Assembly: GCA_044220495.1 (NCBI GenBank)
Contig: JBGAQY010000001.1
Coordinates: 126,515 to 190,514 of the forward strand
Reading direction: 5' to 3'
DNA: 64,000 nucleotides
Source of the DNA: Acidimicrobiales bacterium
Lineage (GTDB): Bacteria; Actinomycetota; Acidimicrobiia; Acidimicrobiales; JBBSGY01
Shown here piece by piece: positions 8,956 through 19,283 of the stretch; the first letter of the stretch is position 1, and each line of letters starts with the position of its first letter. Both the position numbers and the translations under genes were made by a program. The notes below the pieces were generated by a model. That model saw only the letters and a program-made list of their open reading frames with translations. It ran no database searches and was not told the DNA's origin.

Positions 8956-11133
8956 TCACTCAGGAACGAGCCAGACGACCGAAAGCGGCGGCAAGGTGAG
9001 CTCGGCAACCGCCGGCAAACCGTGCCACGAATCGTGGCCGGCGTAGACCTCACCAAGGTTGCCAAGACCACTCCCACCGAACTCAGCGGCGTCGGTATTG
9101 AGCAGTTCGCGCCAGGTTCCACTAAAGGGCAAACCAATTCGGTAGCCCATTCGCGGCACCGGCGAGAGGTTGGCGACGCACACGAGCGGCGAACCGTCGG
9201 ACGAAAGACGCATGAACGACACGGCGTTTTGCTCGGTGTCGCTGGCGTCAATCCAGCGGAAACCTTCGGGCCCAAAGTCTTGGTGCCACAACGCAGCTGT
9301 CGCTTTGTATTTCTCATTCAGCTGCTTCACCAGATTCTGCGCGCCGCGATGCAACGGATACTGCAACAAGTGCCAATCGAGCGAACGGTCATGCGACCAC
9401 TCTTGACCTTGAGCAAACTCAGAACCCATGAACAACAACTTCTTGCCCGGATGTGCCCACATCCAAGCCAACAGCGCCCGCACATTTGCATGCTTTTGCC
9501 ATTCGTCGCCTGGCATCTTGTTGAGCAAAGAGCCTTTGCCGTGCACAACTTCATCGTGCGAAATCGGCAACACGAAGTTTTCGTGCCAGGCGTAAACAAG
9601 ACCGAACGTCAAGTTGTTGTGATGGTAACGACGATAGATCGGCTCTTTGGAGAAGTAGTCGAGAGTGTCGTGCATCCACCCCATGTTCCACTTGAAACCA
9701 AAACCGAGACCGCCCAAATACGTCGGCCGCGACACCCCAGGCCACGCCGTCGACTCTTCCGCAATCGTCACGGCACCGGGATGCACGCGGTAAACGGTCT
9801 CGTTCATCTCTTTCAAAAACGAGACGGCTTCGAGATTCTCGCGTCCACCAAATTCATTCGGTAACCACTCGCCTGCTTCGCGCGAGTAGTCGAGGTAGAG
9901 CATTGACGCAACGGCGTCGACCCGAAGACCGTCAACATGAAACTCTTCAAGCCAAAACAGCGCGTTGGCCAACAAAAAATTGCGCACTTCATGTCGACTG
10001 AAGTTGAAGATGAGCGTGCCCCAGTCGGGATGCTCGCCGCGACGCGGATCGGCATGTTCGTAAAGAGCCGTGCCATCGAAGCGCGCCAACGCCCAATCGT
10101 CTTTCGGAAAATGCGCCGGAACCCAGTCGATGATTACCCCGATGCCCTTGGCGTGCAGAGCGTCAACGAGAACCTTGAAGTCGTCGACAGTGCCAAACCG
10201 CGCCGTAGGTGCAAAGTATGACGAGACTTGGTAACCCCACGAGCCGCCAAAGGGATGCTCAGCGACGGGCAAGAACTCAACGTGCGTGAACCCCAACTCA
10301 GCTACGTAATCAGGTAGCTGCTCAGCCAACTCGCGATACGACAAGAAGTCAGTTGGCCCGTCACCACCCCGTCGCCAAGACCCGAGGTGCACTTCGTAAA
10401 TACTGAATGGCGAAGCATGAAGATCGCGAGCGGCGCGATCTGTCATCCACGATTGGTCGTTCCACTCATGCGTCGACGCCATGACAACGCTGTCGCTATT
10501 TGGCGGCGCAATGGTTGCAAACGCGAACGGGTCAGCGCGTTGCACTGTTTCGCCGCGCGCGTCGACAAGCTCGAACTTGTAACGAGCGCCAGGGCCAACG
10601 TCGGGTACGAACAACTCCCAAACGCCTGAGTTACCGAGTCGGCGCATAGGGTTGATGCGACCTTGCCACTGATTGAAATCACCAATGACGCGCGCCGCCT
10701 TGGCATTGGGCGCCCAGACCGAGAAACTCACACCGTCAACACCTTGATGGTGACGAGGATGCGCACCAAGCACTTGCCAGAGATGTTCGTGACGACCCTG
10801 CGCAAACAGATACAGGTCTAAGTCGCCGACGGTCGGCCAAAATCGGTAAGCGTCGTCAGACGTAAACATTTCGCCTGACGTGTAGGTGGCGCGAATCTTG
10901 TATTCCAGATCGCTGCCCAATGTCTTGGCTGCAACCGTTGCCTCGAAGACACCCGAATCATGGATGCTCTTAGCCAAAGCAACAGACCCGTCTTGCAGCA
11001 AGAACTCGACTTCTTTCGCCTCAGGACGAAAGACGCGAATGATCGCTGACGCACCATCGACATGCGGCCCCAAGTATTGATGAGGGTCGCCGTGGCGAGC
11101 ATCAACGATTTCTTGCAGCTGGGGATCAATCAC
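8956..11133 (-). CDS. glgB: 1,4-alpha-glucan branching enzyme
   Basis: IYEVHLGSW, SWGYQ, DWVPAHFP, DGLRVDAVASMLY, IAEESTAWP and SHDEVVHGK motifs. Confidence 0.97.
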   Translation of the reverse strand: MIDPQLQEIVDARHGDPHQYLGPHVDGASAIIRVFRPEAKEVEFLLQDGSVALAKSIHDSGVFEATVAAKTLGSDLEYKIRATYTSGEMFTSDDAYRFWPTVGDLDLYLFAQGRHEHLWQVLGAHPRHHQGVDGVSFSVWAPNAKAARVIGDFNQWQGRINPMRRLGNSGVWELFVPDVGPGARYKFELVDARGETVQRADPFAFATIAPPNSDSVVMASTHEWNDQSWMTDRAARDLHASPFSIYEVHLGSWRRGGDGPTDFLSYRELAEQLPDYVAELGFTHVEFLPVAEHPFGGSWGYQVSSYFAPTARFGTVDDFKVLVDALHAKGIGVIIDWVPAHFPKDDWALARFDGTALYEHADPRRGEHPDWGTLIFNFSRHEVRNFLLANALFWLEEFHVDGLRVDAVASMLYLDYSREAGEWLPNEFGGRENLEAVSFLKEMNETVYRVHPGAVTIAEESTAWPGVSRPTYLGGLGFGFKWNMGWMHDTLDYFSKEPIYRRYHHNNLTFGLVYAWHENFVLPISHDEVVHGKGSLLNKMPGDEWQKHANVRALLAWMWAHPGKKLLFMGSEFAQGQEWSHDRSLDWHLLQYPLHRGAQNLVKQLNEKYKATAALWHQDFGPEGFRWIDASDTEQNAVSFMRLSSDGSPLVCVANLSPVPRMGYRIGLPFSGTWRELLNTDAAEFGGSGLGNLGEVYAGHDSWHGLPAVAELTLPPLSVVWLVPE

Positions 11134-11224
11134 GGGCGGCTCACTTGCTGCTCAGCTGAGCGATAGACGGGCTCGAACGACATTAACCCGTACACCTGCG
11201 AAGAGGTCGCCGTTCTTCAGTTCG

Positions 11225-12598
11225 TTAAGCCAGCAGCCGCCTAAGTGCTGCCTGCGGAATCGACACCCAATCAGGTCGATAGGCCTTCTCGTATGCCAAT
11301 TCATACAGCGCTTTTTCGAGTTCGAACGCTCTCAGCAGCAAACTTGCCGCCTCGCCAGTGGGCAAAAGTTCATCAATGCCTTTGACCGACAAGTAGCCGT
11401 GCCTAAATGCCTCGCGGTTGTGCAACTCCCAAGCATCAGCTTGTTGGCGCAAGCTGACTTGGTTGGCAACGTTCTGTTCAGAGATTCCAACAGCCGCCGC
11501 GTAGTGAAACGACCGCAACATTCCCGACACGTCTTTCAACGGCGACGTTGCGCGCACACGTTCACTCAGCGGACGAGCCGGTTCGCCTTCAAAGTCGAAC
11601 ACGTACCAACCAGAAACACTGCGAAGCGTTTGCCCCAAATGAAAGTCACCATGAATTCGACAAGCAACGCCTGCGTTGCTGCCGCTCAACTCACCTACGC
11701 GTTCGATGACAGCCTGCAAGCGTGCACTCTGCGCGTCGTTGAGAGAAGAAAGCTCGCCCTGTAGTGACGCGACCAACGTCGAGGGATCGAAGGGGGCCGA
11801 GCCAAACTCATTGGCGAGCGCCAGATGCAAGCCAGCAGTCACCTCGCCCAGTCGTCGTGCCTCATCACCGAAGTCTCCGCCTGCAGACGCAGGATCGGTC
11901 TCATCGATATACACGCCCGACGGTGAACCAGCGGGCGATGACGCGCCAGTTGTTTCAGCACCAAAGAAGTCGCGCACTGACGCAAGGGCAAGCTTCCAAC
12001 CGTCGGTGCCATCCCACAAATAGGGCTGACAAACGGCGAGATCCCAGTTACCGCGCTGCCATGTCGCTACGACCGGCGCAACGTGTTTGAAACCGTTGTG
12101 TGTCAAGGCCGAAGTGACTTCGAGGTCGGGGTTTGCGCCTTCGTAGAGGCGACGGAAGATCTTGAGAATCAATCGGTTGTCGAACACCAACGACGAGTTC
12201 GACTGCTCAGCGCCAATTGGTCGCACGGTCTTCACTTCTTGATTGCCTTCGGCAATCAAATCGAAGAGCACACGACACAGCACCGAATCAACAAGCGCGT
12301 CATAGGCAACCAACTCTGTTGATCCCGAATTCACCGAACCAATCTCTGCTGTTGCTCGCCCGAGCAAAACTGCACCGAGGTCGTTGCGCTCGCGCAGACC
12401 GACAGGTATTTGGTAGATCGCGCTGCCGTCGACCTCAACCAGCATCCACAACAACATTGGGCTTGCTTCGCGGAACAACTCGTATTCGACAACACGCGCA
12501 ACAGTCGGGGCTTCCTCGGCCGACGAGAACCATCGCTGCTTCGGCAGCCATACCGGCAGCTGCTTCGCCAAACCCTCGAGAACGGTGTCTAAGTTCAT
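11225..12598 (-). CDS. mak: Maltokinase (Mak/Pep2)
   Basis: WLPKQRWF, EQSNSS, RIHGDFHLGQ, DFEGEP, DVSGMLRSFHYAA and KALYELAYE motifs. ATG 12598 overlaps the treS stop (ATGA). Confidence 0.92.
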   Translation of the reverse strand: MNLDTVLEGLAKQLPVWLPKQRWFSSAEEAPTVARVVEYELFREASPMLLWMLVEVDGSAIYQIPVGLRERNDLGAVLLGRATAEIGSVNSGSTELVAYDALVDSVLCRVLFDLIAEGNQEVKTVRPIGAEQSNSSLVFDNRLILKIFRRLYEGANPDLEVTSALTHNGFKHVAPVVATWQRGNWDLAVCQPYLWDGTDGWKLALASVRDFFGAETTGASSPAGSPSGVYIDETDPASAGGDFGDEARRLGEVTAGLHLALANEFGSAPFDPSTLVASLQGELSSLNDAQSARLQAVIERVGELSGSNAGVACRIHGDFHLGQTLRSVSGWYVFDFEGEPARPLSERVRATSPLKDVSGMLRSFHYAAAVGISEQNVANQVSLRQQADAWELHNREAFRHGYLSVKGIDELLPTGEAASLLLRAFELEKALYELAYEKAYRPDWVSIPQAALRRLLA

Positions 12599-14313
12599 GC
12601 GCCCTTGGATGTGGTTGGAGTCGGATCGGTCGACATAGGAGCCGACGGCACAAGCTGGAACCAATAGAACTGATAAGGCCCCAACGTGATGAAGTACGGC
12701 AATTCACCAATTGCCGGGAAGGGCACACGGCCCAACAGCTCAACGGGTGTCCGTCCTTCAAATTGCGCCAGCATCAATTCGACTGGTTGTGCGAAACGCG
12801 ACAGATTGTTTACGCACAAGACGATGTCGTCACCTTCTTGGCGGAAATACGCAAGCACCGACGGGTTCTCGGCCGGCAACACCTCGAATGAACCAGTGCC
12901 AAACAATGGGTGTTGCTTGCGCACTTCGAGCATTCGCTTCATCCAGTGCAATAGCGACGAGGTGTTGCGAATTTGACTCTCGACATTGACCGCTTGGTAT
13001 CCATAAACGGAATCCATGAGCGGTTGCAGATATAGCTGCGCGAAGTCGGCGCGACTGAAACCACCGTTGCGGTCGGGTGACCATTGCATCGGCGTGCGTA
13101 CTGAGTCGCGATCAGGCAAGAAGATGTTGTCGCCCATCCCGATCTCGTCGCCGTAGTAGAGAACCGGGCTGCCGGGGAACGAGAACAAGAATGCGTGCAG
13201 CAATTGCGCGACGCGCAGGTCATTTTCGACAAGCGGAAACAAGCGACGTGAGATGCCGACGTTTGAACGCATGCGTGGGTCTTTCGCGTATTCGGAATAC
13301 ATGTAGTCACGCTCTGAATCAGTAACCATCTCGAGCGTCAATTCATCGTGATTGCGCAAAAACATTCCCCACTGGCAGTTATCGGGGATGTCAGGGGTCT
13401 GCGCCAAGATCTCGGTGATCGGGAAACGCTGTTCGCGACGCACGGCCATGTACATGCGGGGCATCACGGGAAAGTGAAACGCCATCGAGCACTCGTCGCC
13501 GTCGCCGAAGTAGTCGACAACTTCTTCTGGCCATTGATTGGCTTCAGCCAAGATCACGCGACCGGGGTGCGACTCATCGATCTGCTTGCGAAACCACTTC
13601 AAATACTCGTGCGTCTCGGGCAAGTTCTCGCCGTTGGTTCCCGGACGTTCAAACAAATAAGGAATGGCGTCGAGACGCATGCCGTCGAGGCCAAGGTCCA
13701 TCCAAAAACGGGCAACGTTCACCATCTCTTGACGCACTTCGGGGTTGTCGAAGTTCAAGTCGGGCTGGTGACTGAAAAATCGGTGCCAGTAATACTGACG
13801 ACGCGTTGGGTGCCATGCCCAGTTCGACTTCTCGGTGTCGACGAAGATGATGCGCGCTTCGCTATAGAGCTGATCGTCGTCTGACCAGACGTACCAGTCG
13901 TGTTTGGGATTGTCTTTCGACGACGACGATTCAATGAACCAAGGGTGTTGATCAGAAGTGTGGTTCATCACCATGTCGGCGATGATGCGCATGTCGCGCT
14001 TGTGACACTCGGTGATCAACTCCTTCATGTCTTCAACGGTTCCGTAGTCAGGCAACACGTTGTAGTAGTCCTTGATGTCGTAGCCGCCGTCGCGCAAAGG
14101 CGAGTCGTTGAACGGCAGCAGCCACAGGCAATCGACACCCAGCCACTTCAGGTAGTCGAGCTTCATCGTGATGCCACGCAGGTCGCCCGTGCCGTCGTCG
14201 TTCGAGTCGTAGAAGCCGCGAGTGACCACCTCGTAGAACACCGCTCGCTTGAACCAGGTGTGGTCCTGAGAGGCTTCTTTCAGAAGACCGGAGTTCACGG
14301 GCTGGTCAGACAT
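12595..14313 (-). CDS. treS: Trehalose synthase / maltose alpha-D-glucosyltransferase
   Basis: WFKRAVFYEV, SPLRDGGYDI, NHTSDQHPWF, RLDAIPYL, AEANQWP and FLRNHDELTLEMV motifs. Confidence 0.97.
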   Translation of the reverse strand: MSDQPVNSGLLKEASQDHTWFKRAVFYEVVTRGFYDSNDDGTGDLRGITMKLDYLKWLGVDCLWLLPFNDSPLRDGGYDIKDYYNVLPDYGTVEDMKELITECHKRDMRIIADMVMNHTSDQHPWFIESSSSKDNPKHDWYVWSDDDQLYSEARIIFVDTEKSNWAWHPTRRQYYWHRFFSHQPDLNFDNPEVRQEMVNVARFWMDLGLDGMRLDAIPYLFERPGTNGENLPETHEYLKWFRKQIDESHPGRVILAEANQWPEEVVDYFGDGDECSMAFHFPVMPRMYMAVRREQRFPITEILAQTPDIPDNCQWGMFLRNHDELTLEMVTDSERDYMYSEYAKDPRMRSNVGISRRLFPLVENDLRVAQLLHAFLFSFPGSPVLYYGDEIGMGDNIFLPDRDSVRTPMQWSPDRNGGFSRADFAQLYLQPLMDSVYGYQAVNVESQIRNTSSLLHWMKRMLEVRKQHPLFGTGSFEVLPAENPSVLAYFRQEGDDIVLCVNNLSRFAQPVELMLAQFEGRTPVELLGRVPFPAIGELPYFITLGPYQFYWFQLVPSAPMSTDPTPTTSKGA

Positions 14314-14469
14314 GAGTCGTTGGCTTCTTTCCGCTGTATCGATTCACGCCGGCTACCCGACGAAAACCATCTCACTGGGCTGGACTTGTACGCACGGTAG
14401 TCGCGGCCCTAGCCGTTTGTCGGGCCAAAGCCCTAACCAAGACCTGATCAGCCCCCGATCAGCCCTGGA

Positions 14470-16401
14470 TTAGGCCCGGTGAACGTGGAAAATGTGTGCT
14501 GGCTCAGATGGCTCGAGACGCACGTAATTGGCCGGTCCTGACCAGTGGAAGGCACGACCGGTGACCTCGTCGTAAGCCACAAAAGGCTCTTCCCAGCCGA
14601 TGCCAAGTTGCCAAAGGTCCAGGTGAATGGTGGTTTCCTGAGCGTTGTTCGGATCTAGGTTGACCACGACCAGCACGGCGTCTGACCCGTCGACTGACTT
14701 CTTCGAGTACGCAATCATCTGATCGTTGTCAGTGCCGTGGAACCAGATGTTGTGCAACTCGTGCAGGGCGGGGTGATTGCGGCGGATTGAATTGATGTGC
14801 CCAATCCACCCGCTGAGGTTGTGCTCAACGTCAAAGTTTCGATGACGAATCTCGTACTTCTCAGAGTGCAAGTAGTCGGTGTTCTTCTCGGGGTCGAGCG
14901 CCTGGTTCTCCATCAACTCGTAACCGCTGTAGATGCCGTAGTTGGGCACCATCGTCGACGCCAAGATCAATCGGCTCTTGAACGCGCCGACGCCCCCATC
15001 GCGCAGCGGCGGCAACAAGATGTCGTGGGTATTTGGCCAAAAGCTCGGACGCATGAACTCTGAAGACGCCCCCACCGACACTTCGACGCCGTAATCAATC
15101 AGCTCTTGTTTCTGCGTACGCCACGTGAAGTAGGTGTAACTCTGCGTGAAACCAACTTCAGCAAGTTTCGCCATCACCTTTGGACGCGTGAATGCTTCTG
15201 ACAAGAAGATCACGTCGGGGTGTTCAGCTTGCACAGCGGGAATGCACCACGCCCAAAACGCCATTGGTTTGGTGTGCGGATTGTCGACGCGGAAGATGCG
15301 CACACCGTGCGATATCCAGTAATCGAAAATCTCTTTGCACGCGCTCCACAAGGCAACGCGATCGTCTTTGTTCTCTGGCCAGAAGTTGATCGGGACGATG
15401 TCTTGATACTTCTTCGGAGGATTCTCCGCATAAGCAATAGATCCGTCTGGACGGTGATTGAACCATTCGGGGTGTTTGCTCACCCACGGATGGTCGGGGC
15501 TGCATTGCAACGCATTATCTAAAGCAATTTCGAGCCCTAGTTGATTGGCCTTTTTGACCAGCGCGTCGAAGTCTTTGATCGTGCCGAGTGACGGCTCGAT
15601 ATCGGTGTGTCCGCCATCTGATGAACCAATTGCATACGGAACACCGACATCTTCTGGCGTCGATTGCAGTGTGTTGTTTCGACCCTTGCGAAAGCGCTTG
15701 CCGATCGGATGAATCGGCGTCAGATACAGCACGTCGAAGTTCATGTTCGCGATGTATGGCAACGATTCGGTCAAACCTTTGAGGCCACCCCATGAACGGG
15801 GAAACACGCAATACCAAGCACCAAAGCCAGCGCGTGCTCGATCAACCCACAGGCGCATCACTGATGAAACCGTGATGTGTTCATCGGGACTTGGCAACTT
15901 CACCAACTGCGCCGTCTCGTCGGTGACCGCCGACGCAACACGTGCAGTGTGATCAAGCGACTCGTCGCGCAACATGTCGGCGACTTCAGCCAGCTTGGCC
16001 TTCTGCGCCTTCAGGCTTGCCTCGTCGGCGCGTTTCTCGAAGAACAGTGCGCCCTCGACGAGCTCAACCGAGACGTCTTCAAAGGCTGCAAGTTTGACCT
16101 CTAACTTGTGGCGCCAAGTTGCGTACGTGTCTGTCCATGCGCCGACCGCAAATTCGTACATACCAGTCGCGTCAGGAATGAACGCCCCCGCCCAACGGTC
16201 GTTGCCTTGCAAGTAGAGCGGCGCCGAACGCCACGCCCGACCGCCGGCAGGACGCCATCTCACCTGCGCACCCAAGATGTCGTGACCGTCTTTGAAAATG
16301 TCGGCCGACACCTGGACCGTCTCGCCGGCGGTTGCCTTTGCAGGGAACAGTCCAGTTGTCGTCCGTGGATGGACGTCGTCGATCACAATGCGGGCTTTCA
16401 T
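14470..16401 (-). CDS. glgE: Alpha-1,4-glucan:maltose-1-phosphate maltosyltransferase
   Basis: PIHPIG, RKGRNN, QCSPDHPW, YAENPPKKYQDI, FRVDNPHTKP, EAFTRP and SEKYE motifs. Confidence 0.96.
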   Translation of the reverse strand: MKARIVIDDVHPRTTTGLFPAKATAGETVQVSADIFKDGHDILGAQVRWRPAGGRAWRSAPLYLQGNDRWAGAFIPDATGMYEFAVGAWTDTYATWRHKLEVKLAAFEDVSVELVEGALFFEKRADEASLKAQKAKLAEVADMLRDESLDHTARVASAVTDETAQLVKLPSPDEHITVSSVMRLWVDRARAGFGAWYCVFPRSWGGLKGLTESLPYIANMNFDVLYLTPIHPIGKRFRKGRNNTLQSTPEDVGVPYAIGSSDGGHTDIEPSLGTIKDFDALVKKANQLGLEIALDNALQCSPDHPWVSKHPEWFNHRPDGSIAYAENPPKKYQDIVPINFWPENKDDRVALWSACKEIFDYWISHGVRIFRVDNPHTKPMAFWAWCIPAVQAEHPDVIFLSEAFTRPKVMAKLAEVGFTQSYTYFTWRTQKQELIDYGVEVSVGASSEFMRPSFWPNTHDILLPPLRDGGVGAFKSRLILASTMVPNYGIYSGYELMENQALDPEKNTDYLHSEKYEIRHRNFDVEHNLSGWIGHINSIRRNHPALHELHNIWFHGTDNDQMIAYSKKSVDGSDAVLVVVNLDPNNAQETTIHLDLWQLGIGWEEPFVAYDEVTGRAFHWSGPANYVRLEPSEPAHIFHVHRA

Positions 16402-16455
16402 CGCTGTCAGCTTTGCATGTTTGGCCGAATTGCTCGTGACGACGGCCGTTTCAGA

Positions 16456-16716
16456 TCACTGTCTGCGTTCACCTTGTTCGACGCCGACAGCTGACTCAGT
16501 CGCGGTGTCACCTGCGAGGTCAGCAGCCGGTCGGATCGGTCGCGCTCTCAGCAGTCCACCGATCATGACGCCAAGCCCAACCACGATCAGCGCCGGCACG
16601 CCGACCCAGAACGCCCGGTCTTGTGCCGTTGCGTCAGGCACGAGATACGCGATGCCCAGCCCGACGAAAAGTACTCCGAAGAAGAACGAGATCAAATCAA
16701 ACGAATGTCTTTTCAT
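16456..16716 (-). CDS. Small two-TM membrane protein of the PspC module
   Basis: MKRHSFDLISFFFGVLF start, two hydrophobic helices, ATGA overlap with the upstream PspC gene. Confidence 0.8.
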   Translation of the reverse strand: MKRHSFDLISFFFGVLFVGLGIAYLVPDATAQDRAFWVGVPALIVVGLGVMIGGLLRARPIRPAADLAGDTATESAVGVEQGERRQ

Positions 16717-17894
16717 TGGAAGAACCCCTGACGACGAGATTGACTTTCGACTACGACATGACCGATGCCACTGTGTGCGTCTATTACGTATGTTGCTGCA
16801 CCAAACGCCTGCGGTTGCGATGCCTCATCTTCTGGATTCACACCATCGCGAGGCTCGCGGTCTAGCAACTGCACTTCACCGACTCCGGCAGATCCCTTCA
16901 CCTGATACGCGGCGCCGTAAGGCAGTGTGACGATCAGTTCACCAACGCCAACTTCAGCCTTGACATAGACGATGCCGCGCGCTCCCGTCACGTTGGAAAG
17001 GTCGAGGTTCAACTGGCCAATCCCAAGGCGGTAAGGCGACTCGATGTCAGCTACTTGTCGCGGCGCGTACTGCCGATCACCAATGCCGCCGCGGAATGCC
17101 TCACCGCTTACCGAAGTGAAGGCGAGCATCACGATGAGTATCCACGCAACCCCAAGCAACACCTTGGCCCGCCCAACCCAGGCACCGATCAACAACGCAA
17201 AGCCAATGACGATCGAGATCACGGCAACTGCCTGCTGCAGTGTTATGTCGACCACGTTGAGACGTTCGAGAACCGCCATGACGCCGGCCGCAACGAATGA
17301 CAAGCCAAACGCGAGGGGCGCCAAGAAGGAAGGCTCACGACGTTGCTTCGGAGCGTTGCGTTGATATTGCGCAGCCTGACTTGTCGGCACCCGCATTTCG
17401 GTCGTGTCGTTCAGATTCATCGCGCCACTAACAGTCGTTGCGTCATGAGCTGCCGAGGTCTGAGTGTTCGCGGCACCCATTGCTTTACGATCTCGATCAC
17501 GGGTCGTCAGCAACCAAATGCCGGCGCCAATCAGAAACAATCCCCAAATCGAGGGGCCGTGATCCAAGTCGTTGAAGGCGCCAAAGAACACAACCGTGAG
17601 CCCAATCAGCACAAGCCAACCCCAGTTGTCTCGCATGCGGTCGGCAATGTCGACATCGGGCGGCGAATCTTCGGCCGGCAACACAATCCATGCGACCACG
17701 TAAACAAGAAGGCCAAAGCCACCAAAGAACGAAGCAATCACAAACGCTGCTCGCACGAGGCGCACATCGATATCGAGATATTTGGCAATGCCGCCAGCGA
17801 CACCGGCTACGTATTTGTCTGTCGAACTCGTTGTCAGCCTTTTGTCGACTGACGGCGGTTTTTGGGGTTCCTCAGTTTGTTGTTCTGTATCCAT
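16713..17894 (-). CDS. PspC-domain membrane protein with C-terminal LiaF-like (DUF2154) domain
   Basis: DKYVAGVAGGIAKYLDIDVRLVR (PspC), several TM helices, then YRLGIGQLNLDL / VGVGELIVTLP / GIGHVVV repeats. Confidence 0.85.
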   Translation of the reverse strand: MDTEQQTEEPQKPPSVDKRLTTSSTDKYVAGVAGGIAKYLDIDVRLVRAAFVIASFFGGFGLLVYVVAWIVLPAEDSPPDVDIADRMRDNWGWLVLIGLTVVFFGAFNDLDHGPSIWGLFLIGAGIWLLTTRDRDRKAMGAANTQTSAAHDATTVSGAMNLNDTTEMRVPTSQAAQYQRNAPKQRREPSFLAPLAFGLSFVAAGVMAVLERLNVVDITLQQAVAVISIVIGFALLIGAWVGRAKVLLGVAWILIVMLAFTSVSGEAFRGGIGDRQYAPRQVADIESPYRLGIGQLNLDLSNVTGARGIVYVKAEVGVGELIVTLPYGAAYQVKGSAGVGEVQLLDREPRDGVNPEDEASQPQAFGAATYVIDAHSGIGHVVVESQSRRQGFFQ

Positions 17895-17929
17895 GTCATT
17901 CAGCTTCGTCAGGCGCATGACCAGCGTCT

Positions 17930-17990
17930 ATCGGGTATAGCCCTGAACTAACCCTTAGATCTCTGGGTCGACCTCAGGGACTTTCCCGAT
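17930..17990. promoter_or_regulatory. Pair of imperfect palindromic boxes between the divergent PspC genes, probable response-regulator sites
   Basis: atcgggtatagccctga (17930-17946) and tcagggactttcccgat (17974-17990) are mutually inverted TCAGGG-N5-CCCGAT boxes. Confidence 0.65.
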
Positions 17991-18056
17991 CCAACTCATT
18001 ACCGGAAAGTGCGAGTATCTCATCGTGATATTCGCACCGTTCGGCCCAAGTCATTC

Positions 18057-19283
18057 ATGACTACCTCCGCCGAACCCAAGGTCGAACCCAAACCAAAAAC
18101 CAAGCCTCTGTTTACGAGGAGTAACGATCGCGTCATTGCTGGTGTTGCTGGCGGAATCGCTCAGCGCCTCGACGCCGACCCACTCGTCGTGCGCGCCGTC
18201 TTTGGCGTGCTCACTCTCGCTAACGGAGTCGGGGTCGTTATCTACGCCCTCGCGTGGCTCGCTACAAAAGATGACGAGACGTCCGATCCAGTAACACCGC
18301 GTGAATTCTCACCTCGCGCAACCGGTGGCATCGCCTGCTTGGCGCTCGGCGTGCTTTTAGAGATGCAAGGTTTCGGACTTGTCGTTCCGGCACCGCTGTT
18401 TTGGCCGCTGGCTCTAGCTGGTGTTGGTTCTGCCGTCTTGTGGAGCAGAAACAACCAAAGCGACGGCAACTCAGCAGAGTTACGTCCAGGGTCGAGCCGC
18501 GTTTGGTCGATGTTCGACAGCTCCATTTCGCCACTGCGTCTGCTCATTGGTGGTGTGTTGGTCGTGCTCGGCCTTGGAGCATTCATCGCCAGCAACACGA
18601 GCTTCGCAGCAGCGGGAAGTGTCTTCATTGCACTGCTTGCCGCAAGCGCCGGAGCGGTGTTGATCGTCGGCCCATTTTTGTTGCGCGTCACTCAGCAAAT
18701 GCTCGACGAGCGCCGTCGCCGCATTCGCAGCGACGAGCGCGCCGAGATGGCTGCGCACCTTCACGACTCTGTATTACATACGCTTGCACTCATTCAACGC
18801 GCTGATGCGTCGAACGAGGTCACCAGCCTGGCGCGACGTCAAGAACGCGAGCTTCGTGCATGGCTGCGCGGACGCACGGCTGACACCACCGAATCGCTTA
18901 GTGCTGCTATCGACGACCTCGCCAGCACCGTCGAGCAAGAACTCAACACAACCGTTGAAGCCGTCGTGGTCGGCGATTGCGTTGTCGACGATCGCGTGCG
19001 CTCACTTGTGCTTGCCGCGAAAGAAGCAACCGTCAATGCAGCCCGTCACTCAGGTGCATCAAAAGTTGCGCTGTTTGTTGAAGTCGAGCCCAAGCAAATC
19101 AGCGCGTACATACGCGACGAAGGGCACGGATTCGATCGCAACAACATCGACCCCGATCGCCGAGGCATCAGCGAATCAATCGAAGGTCGCATGCGCCGAA
19201 ACGGCGGCACCGCAGCGATCACCACGACTCCAGGCGAAGGCACCGATGTTGCTTTGCATTTGCCACTCGACGAGCGCTCATGA
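18057..19283 (+). CDS. PspC-domain sensor histidine kinase
   Basis: N-terminal PspC (RVIAGVAGGIA), TM helices, H-box AAHLHDSVLHTL, EATVNAARHSG, RDEGHGFD and GEGTDV motifs. Confidence 0.92.
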   Translation: MTTSAEPKVEPKPKTKPLFTRSNDRVIAGVAGGIAQRLDADPLVVRAVFGVLTLANGVGVVIYALAWLATKDDETSDPVTPREFSPRATGGIACLALGVLLEMQGFGLVVPAPLFWPLALAGVGSAVLWSRNNQSDGNSAELRPGSSRVWSMFDSSISPLRLLIGGVLVVLGLGAFIASNTSFAAAGSVFIALLAASAGAVLIVGPFLLRVTQQMLDERRRRIRSDERAEMAAHLHDSVLHTLALIQRADASNEVTSLARRQERELRAWLRGRTADTTESLSAAIDDLASTVEQELNTTVEAVVVGDCVVDDRVRSLVLAAKEATVNAARHSGASKVALFVEVEPKQISAYIRDEGHGFDRNNIDPDRRGISESIEGRMRRNGGTAAITTTPGEGTDVALHLPLDERS

